Shown piece after piece: positions 24,691 through 37,399 of a DNA stretch of 60,136 bases. Source of the stretch: Chiloscyllium plagiosum (Eukaryota); contig NC_057718.1 in assembly GCF_004010195.1 (NCBI RefSeq), positions 25,175,955 through 25,236,090 of the forward strand. Reading direction: 5' to 3'. Both the position numbers and the translations under genes were made by a program. The notes beneath the pieces are model-generated. The model saw nothing but the letters and a program-made list of their open reading frames with translations, did not search any database and was not told the origin of the DNA. The stretch's first letter is position 1, and each line of letters begins with the position of its first letter.

Positions 24691-25749
24691 CTGTGGAGTT
24701 AAATAACATATGGAGGCAGTAAGTTAATCTTGGATTTAATGTCACAAGTACAGTGAAAGGTTGTGTAGTACAGGTAGTTCATAACATACAAAGACCATAG
24801 GGTGATTGATCAGAGTGAGGAGTACAAATTGACGGCTGCAAAAGAGGTGCACAAAGAGCAAGATCAACACTGGATCTGATTTTTGAGAGGTCTGGTTAGA
24901 GGTCTAATAACAGTGGGGAAGAAGCTGTTCTTGAACCTGTTGTTTAAACTTTGGTATTTTCTGCCTGATGGAAGAGATTATAACCAGGGTGAGAGGTTAC
25001 AGAGGATAAGACGGTCTACAAGCATTTAAAAAAAAAGGCTGAAAACAATTAACACTGCTTCTTAGTTTACTGACTTTCATATTTGTATAAGTTTTAGTTG
25101 GAGACCAAAACCCATAAAACAAGATTTACAGCTTCCTCCCCTTCATTTATTGAAGATTTTTCATTTCTAGAAATTAAAAAAGATTACTCTATGCAATTTT
25201 TCTGGTGGAGGCGGAATAGAAGGTAGGGCTTTTAGAAGATAATTGTTACCTTAAAGTTTGTGGGTTATTCTGTGAAATGCTTCAGTGTATCTTGAAAATT
25301 CACTGAATTTTTTATTTTTGGAATTTTGTTCCAGTTCCCTTTGGGAGTTGCTGGTCCTCTGCACATCACTATAGGAATGCCACCAATATAAAGTCTAGTT
25401 GTAATAACCATGGCCTACCCTTTGTGAAAGCTAGGAATGGGCAATTGATGTGCCCTTGCCAGAATCTCAAAAATTCAAAAAAACCACTTCAAAATAACAT
25501 TGTAAGAGCCATCACATCATGCCATGTGCTCTTGGGAGTTAGTATTTAAGTAAGGTGACTTTGCACTGTATTGCAAGGTTAGCTCGCTCAGAGCAGGAAG
25601 GGAAAAAAAAAAACTTATCTTCCCCATAATCACTATCAATTTTTTTTAAAAAAGGCAATGGATAAACATTTTTTGTGAAGCTGTATCTGATCTTAATGTC
25701 ACATGTGGCAGTGGTAGTGTCCCTATCCCTGGATTCAGAGGGTCAGGTT

Positions 25750-27195
25750 GATGAGGACAGAACAGTAGATGGTGCTGACTTGGACTTTAGTAAAGCCTTA
25801 AAAAAGGTTCTGGTAGACTAAATTAGTTAAAAAAAAAAAGTTACATCAGGATTCGGGGTGAGCTTGCCAATTGGACATAAAATTGGCTTTACGATAGAGA
25901 TAGAGGGTGGTGGAGAGGGGTTGCTTTTCAGACTGGAGGCCTGTGACCAGTGGTGTTCCACAGGGATCAGTACTAGGTCTGTTGTTGTTTGTCATTTGAC
26001 ATCAATGACCTGGATTAGAATATAGGAGACACAGTTCGTTAGTTTGCAGATGACAGCAAATTTGGTGGCACAGTGGACAGTGAAGATGGTTATGGAAGAT
26101 TACAGAGCAGATCTTGATCAATTCGGTCAATGGGCAGAGAAGTGGCAGGTGATAAGTGTGAAGTATTGCATTTTTGGTTAAACAAAAAGGCAAGACTTAT
26201 TCAATTAAAAGTAGGGCCCTAGGCAGTATTGTAGGACAGAGTGACCTAGGGGTTCAGGTACATAATTCTTTGAGTTGACAATAACAGGTAGACAGATTGG
26301 TTAGGAAGGCCTTTAGCATGCTTGCCTTCATTGCTCAGACCACTGAGTACTGGAATTGGGACATCATGTTGGTGAGATTTTGGACATTTCCAGTCTCCTT
26401 GCTCCAGGAAGGATATTATTAAATTGGAGAAGATTCAGAAAAGATTTACCAGGGCATTCTCAGGACTGGAGGATGAGAGTTATAAGGGTAGACTGGGACT
26501 TATTTCACTGGAGCGTAGGAGGTTGAGGGGTGACCTTAGAGATTTACAATATCATGAGGGGTATAGATAAGGTCAATGGCATATGTCTTGTGGGCAGCAC
26601 GGTGGCACAGTGGTTAGCACTGCTGCCTCACAGCGCCAGAGACCAGGGTTCAATTCCCACCTCAGGCGACTGACTGTGTGGAGTTTGCATGTTCTCCCAG
26701 TGTCTGCATGGGTTTCCTCCGGGTGCTCCGGTTTCCTGCCACAGTCCAAACCTGTGCAGGTCAGGTGAATTGGCCATGCTAAATTGCCTGTAGTGTTAGG
26801 TAAGGGGTAAATGTAGGGGTATGGGTGGGTTACGCTTCGGCGGGTTGGTGTGGACTTGTTGGGCCGAAGGGCCTGTTTCCACACTGTAATGTAATGTAAA
26901 TGTCTTTTCTCTAGGGTGGGGGAATTAAAAATATGCACAATATTTTTGAAAGTGAGAAAAGAAAGTTTGAAAAGACAATGAGAGGCAACATTTTTAAATG
27001 AACTTCCAGAGGAAGTGGTCGATGTAACTGTACCTGCAATGTTTAAAAAACATTTTAGTAAGTACATGAATGAGAAAGGGTGGAGGGATGTGGGCCAAAC
27101 AAAGGCAGGTGGGACCAGTTTCATTTGAGAACACGGTCAGCATGGAGTAGTTGGGCTGAAGGGCCTGCTTCCACACTTCTACAATTCTAAGTCCC
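25750..27195 (+). mobile_element. CR1 LINE 3' portion (RT), interrupted by a SINE
   Basis: [19 protein letters not shown] and LRGDL motifs plus the CR1 tail GGGCTGAAGGGCCTGCTTCCACAC. Confidence 0.88.
26590..26899 (+). mobile_element. V-SINE (HE1-like), young full-length copy
   Basis: Intact A/B boxes, V-domain and (TGTAA)n tail; flanked by ATGTCTT at 26583-26589 and 26900-26906 (TSD). Confidence 0.93.
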
Positions 27196-28986
27196 ATCTG
27201 CTCCAGTGGTGTGTAATAAGATCTCTGATCACATGATTAGAAAGATAGGTTAAACCTTTTTTAAAAAGGGTAACTTCAGTCATAGTTACATTACTGGAAG
27301 GAGAAATGGTTTCTGAATTCTGTTAAGTCAGATCTGGGAAAAAAAGGAATTAAACATTAGTCAAGCTCTCTTCTTGTTATCCAGTTTTGAGTTGACTGTA
27401 TTTAACATCCTTACAAAAACAAAATGCTGTCAAGCCAGAGAACATTTGCTAAGACAGCATCCTACCATATGGACAATGCAAAGATAAGTAGTAAAATTAG
27501 AGTAGAATTGCTCTAGCTAGATAGTAATTTTATGGTTTCTCTTAAAAATCATATACACAAATTGTAGTTTATTGGAGCCAAAAAATGTTGAAATGATCAT
27601 CAAATCATTAGCAACTTCAGAGATAGTTTAACAGAGGTGTAAAAACTATAAAAAGAATATTACAGTTCTGATTAAAAACAAACTGAATTAAAACGAGAAA
27701 AAAAAAAGCAGATAATGGATTAATAACTTCTGTCCTTGCCCCATTTTTCAAACTCAGGTCAATTACATTGACTTTTTCATTATTCTGTTCATAAGATGAC
27801 CACCAACAGCCTAGCAATAACTTGCCCTTTCTAGGTTCTGACTAGCATGTACAGCAAGTCTGTCATTGAACTCTATGTGGAGTTTTGAAGGCTTTATCTA
27901 TTTCAGTCTTCACACAGGATTCAAGAACATCAGATCATAACCATGGATTCCATTTTATTCTGTAGAAAGGTACTTTAATCCACTATTGCCATTTTCTACT
28001 CCTCCAAACTCCATTTTTGTTCTGGACCGGTGACCACATCTTCTGCCATATACTATTACTCCTTGATAACGTAATTATTCCTGTCTTCCACTGATTTTTT
28101 TCTTTCTTTGCTCCCTCTAAGTATTTGAATTTGTTTCTAACATTGGAAATGTTTCCAATCTGACAAAGGGCAACCTGAAAATGTTAACCCTGCTTTGCTC
28201 ACACAAATCCTGTCTGATCTGCTGAATGCTTTCAGAATACTTTGTTAGTTTTCCAGATGCTGAAAATCTGATTTTAAGAAACTTCCAAGAAGCCTCCACA
28301 TTGATAATACCCTCTATTATGTTGTGTGGCACTGTGTTGAATGGAGACAGACTGACTTCGAACAGATTGAGCAACTCAAGATGGGCATGACCATCAACAG
28401 CAGAACTGTACTCCAGCACAATCTAATGGCCTGGCATACCTCTGGCTCAACTGTTACATCAAGAGGGAGGATCAACTCTGGTTCAACGTAGATCACAGGA
28501 GGGAATGCCAAGAGCAGCACCAGACAGACACTTAAAAAATGATGTGTCAACCTGGTAAAGCTATCAAAACAGAACTACTTGCGTAGCAAACAGTATGTGA
28601 CAGGGAGTGCTAAACGATCCCACAAACAACAGAACAAATCCAAGCTCTGCAAACTTTCCACATCCAGTCATGAATGGTGGTGGACAATTGAACAACTCAT
28701 TGGAACAGATGGCTCCACAAGTATCTCCATCCTCGATTACAGAAAGAGACTAACAGACCACAAGATAAGGCTTAAGCACTCACAGAAAGCTTCAGCAAGA
28801 GGCACCAAGTGGATGATTCATCTTGGTCTCCTCCAGTGGTCACCGGCCCAGACATCAATCTGCAGCCAATTAGATTCACTCCACATGACATCAAGAAATA
28901 CTGGATACAAAGGCTATAGGCCCTGACAATATTCTAGCAACAGTACGGAAGACTTGTGCTCTAGAATTTGCTGCTCCCCTATCTAA

Positions 28987-29215
28987 GTAAAACAAAGGAC
29001 TGCAGATGCTGGAAACCAGATTCTAGATTAGAGTGGTGCTGGGAAAGCACAGCAGTTCAGGCAGCATCCGAGGAACAGTAAAATCAACGACGTTTCAGGC
29101 AAAAGCCCTTCATCAGGAATACTGAAGGGCTTTTGCCCGAAACGTCGATTTTACTGCACCTCGGATGCTGTCTGAACTGCTGTGCTTTTCCAGCACCACT
29201 CTAATCTAGAATCTG
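28987..29215. mobile_element. Palindromic (head-to-head) Penelope-terminus insertion with target-site duplication
   Basis: Inverted arms ~29017-29112 and 29123-29215; flanked by CTGCTCCCCTATC(T/G)AAG at 28971-28987 and 29213-29229; splits the host LINE's ELAAPLSKLFQ. Confidence 0.88.
29086..29120 (-). ncRNA. Minimal type I hammerhead ribozyme motif
   Basis: CUGAUGA-A-GGGC-UUUU-GCCU-GAAAC-GUC; stem II closes with a G.U pair and helix I is weak. Confidence 0.55.
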
Positions 29216-32200
29216 CTCCCCTATCGAAGCTCTTCCAGGATCGAGCTAATACAGGCATCTACAAATCATTGTGGAAAAGATGTCCAATAAACAAAAAGAG
29301 AAGGACAAATACAACCCGGGCAATTACCACCCCATCAATCTACTCTCAAATCATCAGTAAAAGTGGTGGAAGGGGTCATTAACAGTGCTATCAAGCAAGA
29401 CCTGCTCAGTGATGCCCAGCTTGAGTTCTGCCAGGGCCATTCAGCTCATGGCTTCATTACAACTTCATGGTCAAAGGAGCTGAATCCCAGAGGTGTGGTG
29501 AGTGTGATAGCCCTTGACATCAAGGCTGCATCTGACCAAGTGTGGCAGCAGAGGAGCCCGAGTAAAGCATATTTCAGCGGGAATCCATGTGCAAACTCTC
29601 CACTGGTTGGAGTCAGACCTGGCACATAGGAAGATAGTTGTGGTTGTTGGAAGTCAGTCATCTCAGCTTTGGAACATCTCAGCAGATGTGCCTCAGGGTA
29701 GAGTCCTGCCATCTTCAGCTGCTTTAATGACCTTCCATCATAAAGGTCAGAAGTGAGGATATTCACTGAATTGTGCTGTGCAGTGCACTCTTCAGCACTA
29801 TTCACAATTCCTCAGATATTGAAGCAGTCCATGTTCAAATGCAACACTATCTGGAGAATATCCAGCCTTGGGCTGACTAAGGGCAAATAACACTCTCACC
29901 ACACAAATGCCAGGCAATGATCACCTCCAATAAGACATAATCTAACCACAGCTCTAACATTCAATGGTTTTACCATCACTGAATTTCTTGTTATTAACAT
30001 TCTATGGCTTACCATTGACCCAAAACTCAATTGCACTCACCACAAACAAACAGTAGCTCCAAGAGCAGGTCAGAGGAACACTGCAGTGAATAACTCATCT
30101 CCTGATTGCCTGAAGGCTGTCCACCATCTACAAGACAAGTCAGGAGTGTGATGGAATACTGTCCACTTGCCTGGATGATTGCATCCCCAATAACACACAA
30201 GACGCTTGATACCACCCAGGATTTAAAAAAAAAAACCAACTTGTTTGGCACTACTTCCACAAGCATCCACTCCCTCCACGACCAATGCTCAGTAGCAGTG
30301 TGTACGATCTACAAGATGCACTGCAGAAATTCACCAAAGATCCTGAGACAGCACTTTCTAAACCCACGACCACTCATCTAAAAAGGACAAGGGGAAGCAG
30401 ATAAATGGGAACATCACCAGCTGCAAGTTCCCCTTCAAGCCACTCACCATCCTGACTTGGAAATATAATCACCGTTCCTTCAGTGACACTGAAAATTCTG
30501 AAATTCCCTCCTGAAGGGTACTGTGGGCCAAACTACAGCACGTAGACTGTTGCAGTTCAAGAAGGCAGCTCACCACCACCTTCTCAAGGGCAACTAGGGA
30601 CAGGCAATAAAATTCTGGGCACAGCCATAGCCCACATCTGAGTGAATAAAAATATTAATCTGACTTAATTTTGCACTGGTGGAAGAGGTTTCTGATTGCA
30701 CATTTTATCCAGTTATAAAAACATTGTTCTCATTACAATTTTCACAAGTGATTTTTTAAAAAATCCACTGTCTATGGAGAACATTTCCGTAAAATGTAAT
30801 TCACCTTCTCAACTTTATCTAGTATAACAGCTCCCCCTAGCATTTCAGATAAGTGGAAATCAGGAGTTGCTGATCTGAAGAGGACATGAATTTAAATACA
30901 TTTTCAACTTCAATTAAAATAAGATTACAGATAAAGACACTAATTTCCTGTCTGACTGATTGCCTGCTTGCCTGCCCGCCCCTCCCCTACCTTAAAAGAT
31001 TATGATCCTAACATTCAGATGTTCAAACCCATTTTTGCGCGATATTGGCTTTTCTCATGGACATTTAACCTTATGCTAACACAGTGGAGGAGCTTCAGTC
31101 AAAGAAAAAAATAAGAAAAAGTGACCTGGATTTTGTCGGCAGTGGGGTAGCACAGACAATTAGAACAACATTTGCCTCCTTTTCAATCGGCTGCAGCAGG
31201 AACATGCTCTCTTGGTTGTTGTATAGATCCATTGGACATTGGTGAACCCTCATGGTGAAGTGTGATTCTGGCAAATTAATGCCTCCTCTGATGTCACTAG
31301 TTGAAGACATGATCCTCAAGATCTTGCCTTCAGCTTAAACAAAAACTATGTGGTTAATGCATTAATCATTTAAAGTGTCTTTGTCATTCATTATTAATTC
31401 TTGGGTACCTCAGGCAACATATCACTCTCAGCTCTGCTCACCCACAACTCCCATGGCTCTGCACCTCCACTCATTTTCACACAACAACTTCACTCTCCTC
31501 GGATGTCAACTCCGTACATTCTCTGCATCCACTCGGACCAAGGATCTCAAATGCAGATGATTTAATTCATTTTTAAAAAAAAATTGCACTGCTGAACAGG
31601 CTTTATACTTGCGAGGAGCAGTCAGAAATCAATCAGCTCAAGGTCCAGCAGCAGTGCAGTAAACAGCAATTTCCAGACTTCAGAACAAGTTGGCTCACCA
31701 GAAGTTGCTGTTTACTTATGGCTTTTGATAGCAGTGAACATCTCGGCACTCGTTGGGATGGCAAGATTGGAGGCCAGTGTGTTGAGAGAAAAGAGGTAGT
31801 ACAGAGGAAAGAGGCAGAGCTGCTAGATAGAACCAGCCCCAAATGTGTACAAACCATCTGTACCACAAAGACTTCAGAGGAAGTGTGCTTCTAATGGCTA
31901 CACCTCAACTGATAAAACCAAACATCTCTCCCAACTTCATTGAAGACGTTCAGACTTGCTTCACTGTCAATGAGTGTGGGTGTCATGTCCAGCACCAAAA
32001 TTTGCAGTCGATGCTGGCAGATGATGTTCTACCCAGTGGAGCATCAAGTAGGAAGGTGACAAATGCCTTCTTTGGGAGTCGTCACATCCATCCACTCTGG
32101 CGTCAAGACAAAACCAGGCTCTCTACAACATTATTGCACAGTTGAACAGCATAATTTGTGGCATTGAAGATGCTTATTTGGCAGCCTGATGCACGTGAAA

Positions 32201-33240
32201 AGAAATACAATTCCAGAATAAGGTTTTGCTGAAACTGGATCATATCCTTATTTGCTTCTTTGAGGGACATATTCTGTGCAGCATCTTGATTGACCAACAA
32301 CAGCAGCAGCACTTCATCCATCCTTACATTCTCCTACACACCTGACCACACGATACCTAGACTGTATCATACCTGATGAGAATACTCTGTCCCACGAGCA
32401 CCTGGTTAGGAGTTCTGACCAATGCAAGTCAGTCAGAAATCTCAATCATTTATTTCCTGGCTTCCTGTAAATTCATTGAAATAGGAGTTGTGATCTATTA
32501 ATTTGTTGCAAATTGGATCGGAAAGCTGCATGAGAACGAGGCCACCAGAGGGTGCAGTAATATCCAGGGAGTAAAAAAAGAGAATGCAATGAATTCTTTG
32601 AACTATTGACCAGTCTGCAGTTTCTTTCACAACAAGGATACTTATGCAAACTTCTCTCAGCTGCTGGAGTAACTTTCAAATTGACCAATGGTAATATTGA
32701 CTGATGGGCAAATTCAAAGCAGAGAAGGGTTTTGGGAGAAGAGAATTCTGCAGGTCCTAATGATTGGAGAAACTTTGAGGTAGAGCAAAGAAAAAGGCAC
32801 AAAAGAGACTTGAAAATTGAAAAGGAGGTTGTTCAAAGAGGCACAGTGGACCTCTAACTTTTACAAAAAAAAAAGTGGATCAAAGGAGAGAACATTGCAA
32901 AGGAGATATGGAATTCGATTAAAACGTAATACATGCAGGGTGGATGCCAACTAGGAACAGTAGTAGAGTCAAGACTGGAATATAATAATGAAATTTGGTT
33001 TCAACAGTGAACAGATGTGGAGTGGGTCAATGTTACAGAACTGGGAAACAGTAGTTCTGTTATCAGAACTGAACAGGAAAGGAAAGTTTGTTCAATTGAG
33101 AAGTACTTTAAACGTTGTCTGAAGTGGTAGCCAGGAATGTTGATAAGGTAAAGACAATGACTGGAGATGCTGGAAACCAGATTCTGGATTAGTGGTGCTG
33201 GAAAAGCACAGCAGTTCAGGCAGCATCCGAGGAGCAGTAA

Positions 33241-33276
33241 AATCGACGTTTCGGGAAAAAGCCCTTCATCAGGACT
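33241..33276 (-). ncRNA. Minimal type I hammerhead ribozyme motif
   Basis: AGUC-CUGAUGA-A-GGG(CUUUUU)CCC-GAAAC-GUC-GAUU: full core, 4-bp helix I (AGUC/GAUU), palindromic ACGU in place of helix III. Confidence 0.68.
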
Positions 33277-33343
33277 ATAGGCAGGGTGCCTGAAGGGTGG
33301 AGAGATAAATGAGAGGAGGGTGGGGGTCCACCCCCACCCTCCT

Positions 33344-33651
33344 NNNNNNNNNNNNNNNNNNNNNNNNNNNNNNNNNNNNNNNNNNNNNNNNNNNNNNNNN
33401 NNNNNNNNNNNNNNNNNNNNNNNNNNNNNNNNNNNNNNNNNNNNNNNNNNNNNNNNNNNNNNNNNNNNNNNNNNNNNNNNNNNNNNNNNNNNNNNNNNNN
33501 NNNNNNNNNNNNNNNNNNNNNNNNNNNNNNNNNNNNNNNNNNNNNNNNNNNNNNNNNNNNNNNNNNNNNNNNNNNNNNNNNNNNNNNNNNNNNNNNNNNN
33601 NNNNNNNNNNNNNNNNNNNNNNNNNNNNNNNNNNNNNNNNNNNNNNNNNNN
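33344..33651. other. Assembly gap (308 N)
   Basis: Run of N. Confidence 1.
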
Positions 33652-35659
33652 TAGGGGGGTATGGACCTGACCAGGTAGTCACGGAAGGAACGGTCTTTGC
33701 AGAAGGCAGAAAAGGGTGGGGAGGGAAATATATCCCTGGTGGTGGGTCTGTTTGGAGGTGGCGGAAACATCGGAGGATGATTTGGTTTATGCGAAGGTTG
33801 GTAGGGTGGAAGGTGAGCACCAGGGGCGTTCCGTCCTTGTTACAGTTGGAGGGGTGGGGTCTGAGGGCAGGGGTGCGGGATGTGGACAAGATGCGTTGGA
33901 GGGCATCTTTAACCACATGGAAAGGGAAATTACAGTCTCTAAAGAAGGATGTCATCTGGTGTGTTCTGTGGTGGTAAGAGTTATGTCCAGAGACCAGTTA
34001 CCAGGGACTTTAGTCTGGCTGGCATTGATCCAGAGAGAAAAAAATCCTGCTCATCCAAATTTTAATGCAAATCACAGCTACAGCACTGAAGTAAAGTAAC
34101 ATTTAAGAATGATATTGATTTAACAAAGAAATGTTTCTGACATCATAAAATGCAAATTTAAAATTTTAAGATAATTGTCTATCACTGCAAAGGGAAGTCA
34201 GCAGAAATTAAAACATGTAAAAGGAGAATAAGACAGTCAATCCAATAATCCCACTCCTTTACTCCGTGTACAATATATTGCACCTATACATGCATGTGGA
34301 TATTAAATCTCCTCTGTGCCCTCTGCAGTCCTTTCTTCCAAATTGGATCAGAATGCAACACAATACTCTAAAACTTTATATCCAGAAAAGCATAATTTCC
34401 CTGTTTTTGTACTCATTACCTTAAATTTTAACAAACTCCAAAATACCATGTTTTGCAAACTCTTTCTCTACATCCAGATTTCGAAAGTCTATTCAGATAC
34501 ACCCATAGTCCCTCTGCTCTGCACACACTTTAGAATTGTACTTTCAATGCTGTTTCCCACTTCCTACTTTAAAAAGTACATCACTTCACACACATCCATA
34601 ATAAGTTCTACCTGTCAATTTGCTGCCAAATTTGTTACCTTATGTTATGTTGCAGTTAATCAGTATCACACCCACCATCTGCCAACTTGGCTATCTGGAG
34701 GGTACATCACTGTCTACCATCCTCCAGACAGAGAACCAACTAGTTAGCACAATAAATTTGTGTTCTTAAGTCAATTTCTTTGAAACCAAGCTGGCATCAA
34801 GCCTCCCATGCACAAGCCCCAATTTATTTCATCTCATGGAACTTTGTTAAAAATACTAAGTCCAATTCCTTCAATCAAAAAAAAAAAACTCAATTACATT
34901 GATCTAATACAATCTACCTTCTACAAATTCATGCTGGCTCATCTTAAACCAGAGTTACTTTAAAGGTTTTCTCTGCTTTTGGTTTCAAAAGATCTTGCCT
35001 GCGTGTAACCTCACCTGTATTATACTAGAAATTTTCATGAACAAGGGATTGGAGAGTATTTGCCACTCTCCAATCTCTGGCATCTCTGTCAGATCGAAGA
35101 AAAGGTTGAAGGATTATAGCAAGCTCTTCTATGACTCTAGGTAACTTGAAATAACAAGTCATCTGGACCAGCCAAGTCCACCCTCAGTTTCACTCCACTT
35201 GCATCATTTGCACACCCATCATTATTTCTGAAGCATTTTTTTTCCCCTTACTAAAGGTCAATGACAAGACATTAAGTATTCTGGCCTTATTATGCACCTC
35301 TAAGCATATAATTACCCTCTGTCTGTAAAAGATGCCATCCTTCATTTTACAACTTTAATGACACCAATGGATGTTCGGGTTCCCTTTTGTTTTAACGCCC
35401 ATTCTATTCTTAACCTCCCTTTGCTGGTCTAGTCTATTTTTCCTCTAATTGCATGTGACCAGATACTTGCTCAAGAACATTTTTCAGGTACACATAGGAG
35501 TCAATTGCTTCTCTGACCATTGACCTATAAAAAGGAAGTAAATGTCTGTTCCAGGATACACCAACCTACATAGTCAGCAATGAGCTATTAGCAGGAGCAT
35601 AATCAGACAAAGTTTCAACCCCTCCCTTAAGAAAAAGGTCACTGGAGATATCACACATC

Positions 35660-36810
35660 AATACCCAGATGGACTGAACAGTAGCAAATAGAATTTAATT
35701 CTGGGAAAAAGAATTGTGGGGTGTTGCTTTTTGAGAGACTCACAAGGCAAGGGAGGACATGTTGAATCTAGGAAGGAGAGGAGCAGAGGAACCTTGATAA
35801 TTTGTCCATAAATTCTTGAAAGCAGCAGGGCATGCAGAGAAGATTGTTAAAGCAGCATATGAGATACATGCCTTTATTAGTCAAGGCATTGAGCTGTATA
35901 TAATGGCAATTAGTCCACAGCTACAGTACTGTGTGCCACACTATTGAAAGGATATAATTACATTTCACCAGGACGTTGCCTGGGCTGCAGCAATGTTGTT
36001 TTTAAGTTAACTCATGGGATATGGACACCACTGACTGAGCCAGCATTTATTGCTCATCCCCAGTTGCCCTTGAGAAGTGGTGGTGAGCTGCCTTCTTGAA
36101 CCATTGCAGTCTACGTATAGTTTGACCCACAATGATCTTAGGGAGAGAATTCCTGAATTTTAACCCAGAGACACTGAAGGAACGACATTACATTTCCAAG
36201 TCAGGATGGTGACTGCCTCGATGGTGATGTTCCCACATATTGTCCTTCCAAAATGGTCATGGATTTGGAAGGTGCTGTCTCAGGATCTTTGGTGAATTTA
36301 CACAGTGCATCTTGTAGATTCTACTCAGCATCAGTGGTGCAGGAATGGATTCTAGATGTCAAGCTTCTCAAGTGTTCAATTCAAAGGACAGACCAGATAC
36401 ATTGGGGTTATTTTCCTTAGAGCAAGAAGATGAAGGGGCAGGGAGAAGAAGGGGCATCTGATTAAAGTTACAACATTCTGAGATTCACAGGGTAGACAGG
36501 TAGGAAAAAAAAGTGTTCCCATTGTAGAGGGATCAATATCCAATCAGTGCACACACACACACAGTCTGAAGGAACAAGTAGTTTACAGAATGGATTAGAG
36601 GGGAAAAAAAATCAGAGTTGTGGGTTTCTGAAACGCTGCTTAAGAAAGTTGGTAGAAGCAGGAATGATCAAGATATTTAAGAGCACATTAAAAAATGCCA
36701 CAAGCAGAGCAGGCTGTGGGTCAAGTTGCCCAAAAGCTGAATTAGAACAGATGTATGCTTGATTATCGTGCGGACATGATGGCCCAAAGTGCTTCTTCCT
36801 GTGCTGTAAA
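35660..36810 (+). mobile_element. Old CR1 3' fragment, interrupted at ~36005-36350 by an antisense fragment of the second LINE family
   Basis: CR1-like TTCACCAGGACGTTGCCTGGGCTG and tail GGCCCAAAGTGCTTCTTCCTGTGCTGTAA; the insert is the reverse complement of the 30300-30650 tail. Confidence 0.65.
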
Positions 36811-37399
36811 ACTTGCCCAATGCCACGTGATCGTTTACAAAACAGTGAGAGTGCATGCAATTGACTCAATTGATTCTTGGGCTGGTGAATGTAAGTGCAC
36901 GCTCCTCTCATTTGGAGTGAATTAAGCTTGAGACAGCTCTTTAAAGAGGGTTGAATGGCCGACTCGCCCGCAACAAGCACCCACTCCACACGGTGCAATC
37001 ACCTCGTGAGACCACTGCCTAACGCCCCAGCCCTCTGCAAATACAAAACACCAGATACCTGGGTGTACTGACTTAATGTGGACAGATTCAGTCACAGCGT
37101 AAATCGCTGAAGTATTTGTTAAAAGCCACGGAAGATTCGGGTTTGTAGAGACTTCATATGGACGCGGAAAGAAAAGGCAAATGTCTTCTTCCTGACCTTA
37201 AATCAACTGCAGCAAGGCTCCCACTCCCCCCAGTAAGCCGGAAAAATAATACCATTCTTACTTCCGATTGAATCATTGAGGAAAATACATTAAAAAAAAT
37301 CAAAAAGGCATCTTTGACTCCAAGTCATTTGTGAATGACACACTTTTATATTTTAGTATTTGATTTAATACAACAAGCACGTTCAATGTGAAATTGATC

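Larger units (their letters stand above)
28265..30652 (+). mobile_element. CR1/L2-group LINE of a second family, decayed
   Basis: WWWTIEQL, ELAAPLSKLFQ, ALDIKAASDQVW, VPQG and VRSVMEYCPLAW motifs; tail GCTCACCACCACCTTCTCAAGGGCAACTAGGGA...GAATAAAAA. Confidence 0.82.
33147..33975 (-). mobile_element. Penelope-like element 3' portion spanning an assembly gap
   Basis: ORF MTSFFRDCNFP..VVKDALQR...PLVLTFHP...FRHLQTDP (PLE RT-to-GIY-YIG linker); same terminal repeat as 28987-29120. Confidence 0.88.

Noticed and set aside
26573-27124. 183-aa ORF and similar ORFs at 13118, 21364, 39040, 50738 and 54377
   Set aside because: These are chance translations of V-SINE/CR1 sequence (CGRKPEHPEETHADTGR-type peptides recur in every copy).
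28155-28265. Further hammerhead-like remnants (CTGACAAAGGG...GAAAATGTT; also Penelope-terminus traces near 16700, 46350 and 53730)
   Set aside because: Core nucleotides are mutated or missing; these are too decayed to call as ribozymes.
31126-31333. Possible cassette exon in opn3 intron 1 (TTTTTGTTTAAG acceptor, open frame, CAG|GTCACT donor)
   Set aside because: Weak donor, 208 nt (frame-shifting) and no recognisable homology; compatible with chance.
33314-33343. Perfect 14-bp hairpin AGGAGGGTGGGGGT-CC-ACCCCCACCCTCCT
   Set aside because: It ends exactly at an N gap, so a fold-back or mis-join artefact is as likely as biology.
33216-33977. Long ORFs of 116-226 aa here and at 55127-55784
   Set aside because: Their lengths are inflated by N runs; the real parts are Penelope or CR1 fragments.
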